Shown here: piece by piece, positions 34,801 through 46,901 of the stretch
Numbering within the stretch: the first letter of the stretch is position 1
How the letters are laid out: each line of letters opens with the position of its first letter
Assembly: GCA_905178155.1 (NCBI GenBank)
Contig: CAJINV010000009.1
Span: 1,856,882-1,920,881 of the forward strand
DNA from: Amoebophrya sp. A120
Taxonomy: Eukaryota > Protista > Dinoflagellata
Length of the DNA: 64,000 nucleotides
Direction of reading: 5' to 3'
Position numbers and translations under genes: made by a program
The notes under the pieces: model-generated
Seen by the model: only the letters and a program-made list of their open reading frames with translations
What the model was told of the DNA's origin: nothing
Database searches by the model: none

Positions 34801-37800
34801 GCGCCGCAAGCGCGCTGCCTTCGATGTGCTGGTACAGCGTCCAGGTCGCAGCCCAATGGTTTTTCGCTTTCTCATCATCGATTTCGCGAGGGGGTTTCTC
34901 AAACGAAAAGAAGAGGCAGCAACCACTTGCCGGATGCACCGCAAAGTAATTGTAGGTGCCGTCATCTTCCGCCAGCCGGGCGCAGTCAGCGGCGTTCATC
35001 CGTCGATCTTGTTTGTCTTCCTCGTCGTAGTTAGCATGCAAAGCTTCGGGGGCTTTGCCTTCCCGCCCGGGAAAATTCAAAACGGGGGGGTCGTCGACCA
35101 CGGAGCTGCTCTCGCACTTCCCGAATTTTGCCCACTTTTCAACAGCATCAAGAACAACTCTTGTGACCACGTTTGCGGGGTCATCTACAGTTGTATGCTC
35201 GTTGGAGACTTCCTCCTGAAACCATTTCAATTTATTCGCTCGTGGTGAAACGACCTCCCACGATTCAGGCACTGCTTTTTCGGTGCTGAACAGACCTCCC
35301 CCTTGCCCGATAGTGTAGCAGGCGCGAAGAGGAGTATCCCAACAGTCGCCATTCAGGATGCAAGTCGTCATTTCCTTCATCAAGAACTCTTCTTCGTTTG
35401 TACTTTCCGTAGTAGCTTGTTGAGAGTCTGCTGCCGCTGGCGTCGGGGGGCTATAAGCCTCGTAGTAATTGCGGTTGCGCTTTTCCACCCGTTCACACTG
35501 CCAAAAAGTCGGCCGCACCAGATCGCGTGTGTACATCGAGAGTTTGTCACCACCACCCCCACAAAACAACTTCTTTCCTTGTCCCCAGGAACCCGCCGCG
35601 CACGGATGCGAACAGGAGTCGTCAGTCAACACCCCAAGTTTGTCAGCGAAAGTCCAGTGGTCGTCGTGACAAAAGCACTCGTGGCCGTTGCGAATACCAA
35701 AGTACCGAAAGTGCCCGCACTGATACGCACACTTTTGCACCGAAAACTTTTCTCCTGGCTCCTCGGGGTGAAACAAAACGCTTGTCTGGACTTCGCTTTT
35801 TTGATCTTGGAAACACCCAATAAACGCAGCATCGAAGTAGGTTTTATCTTGCGGGGTGCAATGTTGATGTTCATCAAGATGATGGGTGCAGACGTTCTTC
35901 TTGCCCAGTAGCTTCGTCATGCCTGCTGAGACTGTTGGGAGCGTTTCTCCACCAGAGCCTGCGCCCGCGGCCTCCGAATTCAGATGCTCCTCCTGTCCAG
36001 CTCCAGTCCTTTCATGCCGATGAGCACCAGACTTGTCTCTTCTGCCTGCTTCGGTGAACGACGTGGCCGGTGTAGCATCTTGCGAGTCCTCGTATCCGGG
36101 GATCTGGTTAGAGTTGAGCACGGGAGACGTAAACGCCTTCAGCGCGAATTTGGTCCACGCCTGTAGTTCGGCTTCGGCGGCCGACTGCCGAATCTCGTCC
36201 ACGTCGGCCAAGGCAGCGAGTGCCTGGTCCACGAGTAGCGCGACACTCCTGTGGTACTTTTGAAACATGTCATGCGCGCGGCGATGACTGAGGGGATCAT
36301 CCTTGGCCGTTTTATAGTCACGAACAAGCATCGCCGGGTCAGCAAACGGCGTCCACCAACCGATCCGATTTTGGCAGATATCGGCGTGGATGGGAGAGGA
36401 CCGCGGTGTTGGTTCTTGTGCCATGTGCTGCTTCAGGGTGGTCATCATGTACATCAAAAAGTTCTTCACGTTTTCTGATTTGACCTTTGTGTTTTTCAGA
36501 ACCTCCTCGTTGGACTCCTTCCCGGTTCGGCAGGGCTCCGTCTGGAACAGTGGCAGCAGGGCGTCGGCATCCGCAGCTTATCCCGTGACACAACACCTTC
36601 ACCTTCCCAGCCACACAGACATCGGAAAAACAATTTATTTCTACCTCTACTACAGTTGTAAATCATATTAATTCGTAAAAAAAACCTCCACGCACGACCA
36701 CAGGCACACATGCAAGAAGGACAGTAAGTTTTTTTATTCCAGCGCTTTGATGTACGAGACTTTTTTTTGTTACCTGGCGCTGCAATAAATTGGAATTTGT
36801 ACTACGTTCTAGATTTAGTGGTAACTGCTTCGGCTTCGCACTAGTAGCTGCCTGCGCATCACCGCAGCGAGAATTGGTGAATCAATCACCGTCATCTTCG
36901 TCGAAGCGGTTCAATTATAGAGTGGGCGTGATTTTTGATCGATATCAACATCCCAACATTCATCCTCAATATTGGCAGAATGATCATGATGATGTTTCTG
37001 GTCGTGCCAATGAAACAAGTAGAGGTCCAACTCTTATGACAAATTCAAGTTGTACGGTATCACTGGCGCAGCTGGGAAGTTGTTCGGTTTTTTGCAGTGG
37101 ATATGGAATAAGTGTCCTCCGCCTCGGTGTTCTCCAAAGCAAGAACATTGTTGTTTTTGACAGCATCCAAAAAGTTTCTCCAACTGTTCCGGCTGATGCT
37201 GCGGTAGAGCAGCGCGTCGTAGTCCTCGGTGTCGCGGACGCGAGTACTCGCCCCTGTGGTCGGGTCATGTTCATGTTGGAGGGGACTGCAAAACCAAAAC
37301 AGGTCGCGTTTCATACGCAGCTGCGACTGCACTTGCTTCAAGTTTATCTCAACGTCCTCCGGCGGCGGCACGCTCCCCTCGACCTCGCTTACTATCGAGT
37401 GAATCTTTGCCGTGCATGCTTCTTCGAACGCGTGCCCTATTGCTTGCTTTTCTTCTACTTTTAGGTCGTCAAATGTTTTACTCCTGTCCGCAACCGCAAC
37501 CAGTAGTGGAATCTTGTCAGCACCAGGAGAAATGAATTTCTTAATTCTCTTGACCGCAAATACAGCGAACGCCGTTGGGAGATCATCTGTGTCTTCAGGT
37601 GAGGCTGTGGCTCGCCATTTGATCAAACGTTCGCACGGGTAAGAATCTTGACCTGCACCAGGAGCTGCCTGCAGAGAAAGAACCGCTCTAACTGTTGGCT
37701 TCAGCTCCTCGATCTCGTGCACGCTCGGCAATTCTAGCTCTAGGTTGTTCTGATGAAGCAACCGGAAGATTGACTGGCCCATCAGGACCCCTCCGCTGGT

Positions 37801-39719
37801 CAGTCTATCCAATCCGTTCATCACCTTGTCGACGTTCGACGGGGCGGGTGTTGGGGTATGCGTGGAGCCGGAGATAGTACCTGCTAGAGCGCCCCCATCA
37901 TCAAGCGGGTCACCCAAAAGGTTCACGGGTGTGAGATGAGAAATTGCGATCTGCATAATTTTCTTTGAGATCTCCACATATTCTGCCATCAAGTCCTCAC
38001 CGATCATATTCTCGTCAATGTCAATCATAACCACGACCGCGGCGTCGCTTTCAGATGGAGCAGTAACAGTAGTGTCTGTCGTCCTAGCCTCCCGTGACTT
38101 GGCCTTGTCTCTTCCGAATCGTCGTCCCAGAAAGGACCACGCCTTGATCTTCGACGGAGGCGGAAGCCGGTGCGAAGCTTTTGCTTTCCCTTCTGCCACG
38201 GAGCCGTGGTGCACTTCTCCAGTCATAACGTCGCGTCGTGTTCGTTGGTTGCGTGCACCACGCCGCGAAGTAGACCCAGACGACGAAGAAGCTCGAGTTT
38301 GCAACATCTTTCCTTCTGCTCGGTTATTCGCACGGGGCGGCGACGCCCCCAGTTCCCCAGCGCTACCAAACCCGTCGCTACTAGTAGGAAACGAATCCGC
38401 CGAGCCAGGGGCGGGCGCGGAGGTGGATGTCGCATTAATCACTTTGTCATGATTTTTGTGGCGCCTCGTGGAGGTTCGATGCTGGTCGCGCGAAGATGCG
38501 CCGGCCAGGTCGTGTGATGCAGTTTCATCTGCTTGTAGCAGCGATTGCGCCATACGGCGAAACTTTGCCAGCGGGCTCTCGTTCTTCTGTTCTTCGCCGA
38601 CTTGTTCGCTACTTTTTCGACCGGCGGGCCCGGATTGCTCTGCAGAGAACGAGGCCTGTCCTGCACGTCCTGCGTGACCACCGCTGGTCTTCGCCGCCGG
38701 CCCGTCATTTGTCCTCGGCGCGGCAGTCCTGGTCGTGGCTCTCTGTGCTTTTCCGCCGACGTTCGCCACGTGGTCGTCTTGTCTTCCGTTGATGTCGGCA
38801 AAGGCGCTCGGCGCCTCCACCGGCTTCCCGCGCGAACGACCGTGGTGCGTGGCCCGTGAAGCTCCTGGGCGGCCTCTCTCGCGGTCAGCCGCGTCGTTCT
38901 CAGCGTTGCTGCTGGTCACATCAGTGTCCGCTCCTTTCTTGGCGGCGCGACCGCTTACAGAGGCGATCAGTTCGCCGTTGTTGTCTACCTCCGCAGCGCG
39001 CTGTAACAGAGAGTCGCCATCCTCGTCGTTTATGCCCAGGAAAATAAATCATGAGAGCAAGGTGCGTTGTCATCTTCTCATCTAAATCTCCATACTCAAA
39101 TGCAGGGGGCTCAGGTAATTTTATTCTTTGTGGTATAAACACCAACTCCATCACGAAACAACCGGAACAATTGTCGGAGATACAAAATAAATCCTTCTTA
39201 GTAGTCAGAGGAGGATGTACTTGTACCTGCTGTGCTCGTCAGCCCGCCCAACACCAGATGATAATATGTGCGTTGTTGCCTGCACGCTTCTACTAACTTG
39301 TTGCCTGACGAGAAGCAGACGTGTTCATCTGGTGCTTTTGAAGATGAAGCAAGCTGTGACCTTACGCTTTTTTTTATTTTCCCTGCCATATCGTCATCTA
39401 GTATCTGCAGGTGGGGTGGTTGCAGAAGCGAGTCCAAGAAGGAAGTCAGCATTGGGAAAGCAGGACCCGGCTCCTCTTCTTCCACGTAGTCTTCCCCGTT
39501 CTGCGCCGCGCGTTCTCGTGCGAGACGGCGCCGTTCCTCTTTTTCCGCGCGCTTCATCCGCGCTCGGGCCTGGTGGTAAGCGCGCTGACGGTCTCGGGGT
39601 GCCATGAAGTCGAGCTGTTGTGCTGCGACAAGAACCATCGGGGGACCAACAACAAGCAACCACCCCTGTTGAAGCAGAAGCAACAGGATCTGCTGAATCG
39701 TCATCTTCAACATCGACAT
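25858..39719 (-). CDS. Giant secreted WSC + PAN/Apple multidomain adhesin-like protein, about 3,600 aa, 6 exons (39719-39391, 39025-37113, 36576-33401, 32244-30814, 30253-~26636, ~26300-25858)
   Basis: N-terminal hydrophobic signal; three WSC-like units (FIGCFQD, YIGCFKD, YVGCYE..ECxC); several PAN/Apple units (CxxxC...CxGFxY...CxL); four junctions checked in frame by coordinate arithmetic; last junction uncertain. Confidence 0.8.
30257..30813. mobile_element. Introner-like non-canonical intron (direct repeat CTC)
   Basis: TTATGCA...TGCATAA termini; CTC at 30254-30256 and 30814-30816; removal rebuilds the PAN motif ECLNLCVE|TEACNGFTF. Confidence 0.88.
32601..33284. mobile_element. Nested MITE-like element (684 bp)
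   Basis: TATATTA...TAATATA termini; TCA at 32598-32600 and 33285-33287; subterminal ATAGGGAG units on the left mirrored by CTCCCTAT units on the right. Confidence 0.8.
32847..32993. repeat. Tandem array of about 3.7 palindromic units of about 39 bp
   Basis: Unit TCATCGAAGGAAATTTGAAGTGGCCACTTCAACTTTCCC; the first copy contains the perfect palindrome TTGAAGTGGCCACTTCAA. Confidence 0.92.
36577..37112. mobile_element. Introner-like non-canonical intron (536 bp, sense CT...AG)
   Basis: CTTATCCC / GGAATAAG termini and subterminal inverted pair CTTCCCAGC / GCTGGGAAG; removal gives EDT-ADADALL in frame. Confidence 0.72.
39030..39390. mobile_element. Introner-like non-canonical intron (direct repeat TCGT)
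   Basis: TATGCCCAGGAAAATAAA versus TATGGCAGGGAAAATAAA (15/18); TCGT at 39026-39029 and 39391-39394; removal gives ILDDDEDGDSLLQ and attaches the signal-peptide exon. Confidence 0.82.
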
Positions 39720-41553
39720 GTTGCTGGCAGGTGCTGGATTTTGTTACTTGTAAATCAATCGATGTTCAAAAATTTTTGAAGCACACACTTCGTCAAACAT
39801 CATCTCCGGAACTGAAATTCGCAGCGGATGTACGAGTGTAAAAGTTTCCGAAATAATCCCAGAAAAAAAGTGATTTATCTGCTGAGGCTGGCCCACCAGA
39901 GTTCTTCTACACATACATATGTAGATCTTGGAGAAGCTGAAGCCGATAACGAAGCAAAGCACGATATTTCGTGTGCTGTAGCTGTATGTCAGGAAAAAAT
40001 AGGAAGCGTCGAAATCATAGCTTTTTAACTGCTTGTTAACGAAAAACGACTTCGTTGGTGACAAAGGTGCTACAAATGCAAATTGAAATTCATGACGATG
40101 TGGATGTGTTTCAAGATGTTTAATAAGTTTGTTTGTATGGACGTAGCGCGACACGATGCTTTATTTAATCGTACGAAGCACGCAGGATGTGCGGTTGACG
40201 GACGAGATCATAACGAGCCCACGATAAATATACGAAAAATGCACGATAGAGACAAATCAGAACGTCCTGAAAGATACGATGTGAGATTATGATCGTAGCG
40301 CCACATAATATTTCATCGTCGTTCCTCTTCAGGAGACCTATTGAGACGTCGAGCCCTTTTTTTCATCACATGGATGAAAGTGGAAAAAGAATTGCAAGGC
40401 AGTCAAAGTCATTAAGTGAAATAATAATAAATGGGGCCTCGCCTTTCATGATCAATAATGAATTTTCCGACCGATGACATCCTGTTCTGACGATGACACT
40501 CCAATAATTTTTGTTGGCGCGCAGGAAGAGAATGAGAAGAACGCTACCACCACTATTTGGGACGACAGTCATGATCTTTATGGTCCGAAGATTTTTTTTC
40601 AACCGACTCAAAAGCTCAAGTAGAAAACTTGATGTTGTGAAGTGTAGCGCAAGTCGGTGAGTGAGTAAAAATCCGACAAGTTGCAATCTGAATCTCGATG
40701 AAATAATGATACTTCCGCGCTAAGGCTAAGCGCAGACGTGATAACGACACGGCAAATGGTTTTTTCCGTCTCCCGGGTTCGGGCGATGACAATTTGAGAA
40801 AAATACACCCCACTCCTGATTAATTTGAAATCAATTTATCGCTCAGTGAATAAAACACATGCATCATTCTACTTCTTTTGCAATGAAATATGTACAGTTC
40901 GAGGGCCTAAAATATGTTTAATGACGATATTTTTTTAAGAAGAGGACAAGGTGGTGGAGGCTCGACAACCGGCGCCTAGCGGCACGCATGCGAGTCGTGT
41001 TGTAAAATATCACGCAAGTACAAGTAGATTGAGCCCACCTGCTGGTATTCGTATTTCACATAGTGTTTTTCTTGAACAAAAACATGTCAAACATTTACAA
41101 CACAAATTTAAATTTTCAGTAATAGCTAGAGGGTCCCTCTCCCGGTCATTTTACCGTTGTCCTGGGTGTAGTAGTACTACGACGAAATCGAAGAGCTCCT
41201 GCACCTCTTTTTAAAATGCGCCGAACTTCATCACCAGTCGTGGTTTTATCGTCGGTCGTAGAAAAAATCTCACAGGTCACCGTGTCCGGAAGCTGCTGCG
41301 CGTGGTCGGGGCAAGACTATGCGCTGTAAATCAAAATTTACCGGACAAGTACTCAGACGCAATCGTAAAGATCCTGACTCTGCTGCTCCTGCATGACAAG
41401 ATTCTTTGTCTTTTATTTGTCATTGTAGTCCGAAACAACAAATAGTACGGGCGCTGGATTCCTTCTGGTAAAATGAACTAAAATTTGTTCAGCATTTTTC
41501 TACGCTATTGTACGCTTTTTACATTGTACGGTAAAGTCGTTGATGCTGTTGCA

Positions 41554-43326
41554 TTACATACGAACGCCCGCCTTCGAATTCACCTGGTTTCGCCGTCTGT
41601 CCCTTGAAGCAAAGGAAGATGAGCCGGAACTTCCTCCAGCTAGTATTTCTATGGTATGCGACGACGCGGTTGCGCCAGCAACTGTTGAGTTCGCTGGGGT
41701 GGGAGATGTTTTGTTGCCCAAATACTATTCAAAGGAAAAGCCAACGCTGCTTCGCTATGCCTCTGGCAATTGATCAAACCGCAACAGGAGCTAGGTACGT
41801 GATACTTTAATAATTTGCAACCGACATGGAAACAGATACAAAAATGCAGGATTTTCGACGTGGACCGGTAGAGCTAAGAACGTCAAAGAGGGCCTGAGGC
41901 TGAGCGCTGCAAACGTCAAATTGACAACTGTCACCTGCTCAAACTCAATACGTCCCGCTTCGTACTACCAGCTATCACAATGACCTTCATGCAGCAGCAA
42001 GGAAGTAGTGAGAGTCCCCCCTTCCTCCAGTCGCACTCGCATCTACAAATGCGAAGCAGCATCACATTTGTGAGAACAGGGGTGATTTTTATAGCAGCGG
42101 CTCTATTTTCTTCCGTAACATCAAGGGCTGCCGTCCTTCCTGCATCGCCAGGATAAGGTCTGCTTCTGCGACTCGTTGCTGGTGATGCCAGTTCAGGTAG
42201 AGGTCTACCAGGGTCTGGAGCAGCCCGTCACTGCGAACGACCTCCGCCGTCTGCTGCAGGAATGCCGATCCCGTGGAAAAAACATGTCGTCCCAGGCTGG
42301 CTGCGTCGCGCGACCTCGCGAGTATGCTGTCCGAGACGGTTTCGGTCGCGGTGATCGCTTGTGACTTGAACGCTTGTGCGCAGGTGGTGACGTGGACAAG
42401 GCCCTCCCTGCAAAAGTCGGCATACCAACTGTACCACGGGTGGAACCCCATTACGCGGTGCGTGTTGCTAAACACCTGGGCGGCAAAAACGAAAACCAGC
42501 AGGGCCGCGACCGCCTTTCGCAGCAGCGCGCTCGGAAACATCGCGTCCCAATCCTCCCAGAGGTGCCTTCCGTACACCCGCATGTTCAGCACTACGTAAA
42601 ACCACATGCACATCACGGATCCCAGCCAAATCCACCTGTCGTATTGATCCAGTTTTTCATTGATTTCATCATCAGTCTGAGTTCGTCTTCATTCATCAAC
42701 AATCGTTTATGTTGTCGCTTGCACCCACAGAGGTTCTGCATCTTCAAACATCAAAAGACTCAACACCCTCGTATTCTCAACTGCCAATGCAGCGCCGCCT
42801 CGTGTTCGGCTGACTTTCGGGATTCTGCGCGGTCCCTGTCAACAGGTACTCCGATCTTAGCCACACTCGTGCCCGTTCTTGTGCGACTAGTCATCAGAGT
42901 GTCCGCCGGTGCTGCTTTATTCTCCGCCGCAGCGTCCTCGTCGATCATCCCGGTGACCGAGTTCACTGTCAGCAGCCTGGTGCTTTTTTTCTGATGATCA
43001 CGGAGGAGGAGTCTACCAGCATCGTCGCTAGGACTTGCACTTGCTGCGTGTTCACCCTGTGTGCGACCATCCCCGGAGGTGCTGTCCTTGCCGGCTTCGG
43101 CTCCCATCGGTAGTTCTCGCTGGAGCAATTTCATTGCAACGCGATCGGTCTTCTCTTTGTAGTACTTGCCATTGCGGAAAAACTCGGCTGTCGCGACAGC
43201 AGTTTCCTCGTAGTAAAAGTCCAGTTTCAAGCGGTCCACGACGATACACACACCGATGAGGTACCCACACATGCACACCATCACGATGCTCACGTGAATG
43301 CAGTTCCGCAAGGTCCACACGCTCAT
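41554..43326 (-). CDS. Hypothetical multi-pass membrane protein; a further upstream exon is possible at 43875-44060
   Basis: ORFs 42760-43326 and 42089-42616 joined by GT-AG intron 42636-42766 (IRG-WIWLG); several hydrophobic segments; terminal exon 41724-41554 is tentative. Confidence 0.65.
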
Positions 43327-46300
43327 CTTGATCTTCTGTTCTGACGTTGTATCCAGAACCTTATGGACGCGATGGCTTCGTAGTTCCGATTAAGGACTAG
43401 AACAGGTGGAGCTGATGCAACAACACAGCACACTGTCAGCGTCCTTCTCACCAGAGTCGTGATTTCCGCAGAGCAGAATGAGCTTCGACGACGACAGAGG
43501 CCACGTCATTTGTTTTCAAGCGGATAAAGCGCATCTGCACGGAAATCTATAGCTAGAGTGTGGTCCACGTTACAGTTACTACATATACATACAGATACTT
43601 GCATACGATATACGCTTCTGCCAGCGCCGTTCGTTGTACGTGTGCGCGGCAGGAGCACCTCTACCGCTGCACTGAAATGCGCAAAAACACAGAAACAAGT
43701 ATCTATGGTTATTTTACGTAGCTACGATGGTCATCTTCCTGAGTAGCAGAAGACGTTTGTCTGCAACTGTTTCCCTGAGGACATACGAATACTTTCCCAC
43801 AACTTTACGAGCACAGTCAATATGTTAACCTTCGTCTGGTTTCTGGCTTTCCGTTTCCTAATCGCGGGCCGCGATTAGGAAAACGTTGTTTTGTGACGCA
43901 CGATCTTGTCTTTGACGAACAACAACGAAGCGGCGGACAATACGAAGCGTGCAAAGTAATTCATTGGAAAAACAACGACGACCCAGAAACTTGCGACGCC
44001 CCCGACAAGAATGATTGCTCTTTCTGTGCCCACGACGAAATGTGTATCAGTAGTGCGCACGACGACGAAATCTCTTCATGTTCAATCAACATTCTTCAAC
44101 GATGCACAACATGCTGAAAAGTTGCGTTTCTCCTGGTCCTGTCCGGGAAAACACGCGGCCAGCAGAGCAGTGCCAGTGGTCCGTCCTGGTTGCTCAAAGT
44201 CACACCGAACAAAAAGGTCGAACCAGAAGTACGATAATCGTACTTAATCCTTCGCCTGGTTGCACTTGCATAGCTGTTTTGTTTGGAAATAGCCATCTGT
44301 AGACGAGTTTTAGACCACAGAATCAGCGAGAAAACAAAGAGTAGTGTTTACTTGGTGAAGCTGTATTCAACAAATTGAATTTGAAACGAATGTTAATCCG
44401 TGGTAGTAATGCAGCGAAATGGAGGTTACAACTTCGGATCACTAATTTTCTCTCTAGTACTAGTCGTTGATGCATGTTGAAAGACAAAGACTATATTAAG
44501 CGCTTGTATATTTCAGTTCATCGATAAATATGTTGCTTCCTCCAGTAAAGTTTGTGTGACTGGGCCAGAGGAGCTCCGCGCACACGCTAGTTTCTATTGG
44601 TATTGTTTCTGCTACCCTGCGAAATTTTTTGCAATCCACTGCAACGCGGCGATTGTCCTGTACTCGAGTTGTTCCTGTTACTGCTCACTAAATGTGTTTT
44701 GTTTATTTCAGATTGATTCCGTATCCCCATACTGATTCTAAAACTTACTATGGTTTAGCTACAACAACTTCATCACTGGTTGTTTTTGTTCAATACTATC
44801 ACTACTTTCTTTTCGAAGTTCTCTCATTTAGATTTAGTCAAAGCACGCCCGATTTCTTCTTTCTTGCAAGACGTAGGAGCTCACGAAGTCTTAATTCTTT
44901 ATTATCCCAAAGATACAACTCATACTCATGTTCACTGCAAGATGAACCATGATAAAATGTTATTATCAGGTGGATTTAAGTCTCTAATTATTATGTGTGA
45001 ATATTATTTGTGTAAAAAGGTTATTCTTCATATTCACGGCAAATCGAAACGGTATCCGTAGTTGAGGTTGAGCCACCCAGGAAAAAGGAGCTGTTTCCCA
45101 ACTTCTTGTTTAATGGAAGCCGAATTCTGTGGCACTTCTATTACTATTCCGAAACGAATGTGTAAGAGCGGAAACGGCAGCTAAACTGGATATAATTACT
45201 TATGATAACCTCATCTCTACTATTTTTTGTTCTTTATTCTTGGCAGCTCGCTGCATCGGTCGTGCTTACTATTATTTAGTTAAGTAAGTGGCTGCTATGC
45301 TGGTGGCCGCGCTACGCTCATCTCGAGCTGCAATGACCACATGAAGCCACAAAATTCTTCAAAATAGATAGTTTTCCACATCGGCAGCGATATAATTCGT
45401 TCGATAATTGCACCCTCGTTTATGGTTTTGGCTACCACCTGAAGTGATGTTCGTGAGGTTCTAAAAAATGGTGCGATTCATCTCCTGTGCTCTTCATGTC
45501 AGTCTTAATGCTGCAGCTTCGTGGTCCGTCGTGCAGCAAACGACCTCGTCATTGATGCACTTTTTTCACGAACTTGTGCGGTGACGGCGGTGGACGATGC
45601 GTCGGCGAGGTATGCAGAGAAAAACGACAATGTCAATCATATCGAGCAGAAGTCTGCAAGTCCCATTTTTTTTTTATCTTTGCGTGTACTCGGAGTCAGA
45701 TGTTGATGTAAGTCGGACTGGCTCCACCTATGCATAGTGACAACTAGATCAGCATCCCTGCTTTTGGAGAAGGCCTGAGTTCCGTTCATACATTTGAAAA
45801 AGATGCTTGTTTCAACATCATGGTCGAGCAAAAACGCGCGCATCTACGAAGACCACGAACCTTGACTCGATGACTCAATGTCGTGCTAGTTTACCCACAT
45901 AGATTGGCGGAATTCGGTTCTCACCCTGTATCGCAGCCAAAAAGAGTACAACCAACTGAGTCAAATTGCAAATCGATACTTAAAGCACAAAAAGGTACAC
46001 GACAAGGGTGGTGCTGTTGCGATCATGATACAGATACGGCAAACCATCATCTTCATCAAATTAATAGAGATATTTTTGGTGAGCGCCACACTGCATCGCA
46101 AATTGCCCTCACCAATCATTATCTGGTTTGCCAAAATTCAAATTGTAAATCACATGATAAATAAGACTATATTATTTCATCCATTACATGGCAAGAATCG
46201 GTGGAACTGACCACGTCGCTGGTTGCCATTTCTGTTCTTTTCGTACCGGGCTGCAATGGTGCGTCATTGGCGGAAACCTAAAATTTAAATTTTCGAAATA

Positions 46301-46901
46301 GTTTTCTCAACTGTCCTGCACGTGCGCTCGCTTTTTTTTCAAACATTTGTTTTTTTTTGTTTTTGTATAGCGTTTGGCGCATCATCAGTCTACACTTCGT
46401 TTCAAAACGAAAGTCTTCGAAGCGAAGCTCTACTCTGCGATGTTATCACTAAGAAACAACATCTGTGACCACGCGTTGCATGCCGCCGGTACTGGGAGTC
46501 TGCAACTCCTTTCCACTGTGCTCGTAGTAGGCGACAGCCGCGCTCTTCGAGCGCAAGCCACTTGTGTGTTCCTCCTCCGCACCTCCTTCATTTGACGTGC
46601 TAGCGCTCCTGTGCCGGTTGTTTTGATGGTGCGATAAAAGTCCTAAAAAAAGTTGCGACGTCAGTATCCAGTGTGAGTCGATGGATCGCGTTCGCTCCAG
46701 TTGTTATTGACATCGACAGCATTTTTGACTGCCTTGAACAGCAATTTTGCTTTGAACATCTCCTACTTCTACTTGGATCCCAGTGAAGATATTAATACGA
46801 CTGTCGTCTGCTATCAAAGCAAGGGAGTAGACGCGCTAGCGGAGCCGGCGCCATAAGTAAAGAGGAAAAAACCAAAAAAAAAAAAGATCCATCAAGGCGT
46901 C

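Noticed and set aside
27357-38859. Long plus-strand ORFs such as 34211-35248, 29085-29945 and 36790-37464
   Set aside because: They are antisense shadows of GC-rich minus-strand exons and show no domains
25858-39719. Stop-codon readthrough, alternative genetic code or pseudogene as the explanation for the broken ORFs
   Set aside because: The breaks coincide with discrete repeat-bounded inserts of hundreds of bases, and the exons themselves are long and stop-free under the standard code
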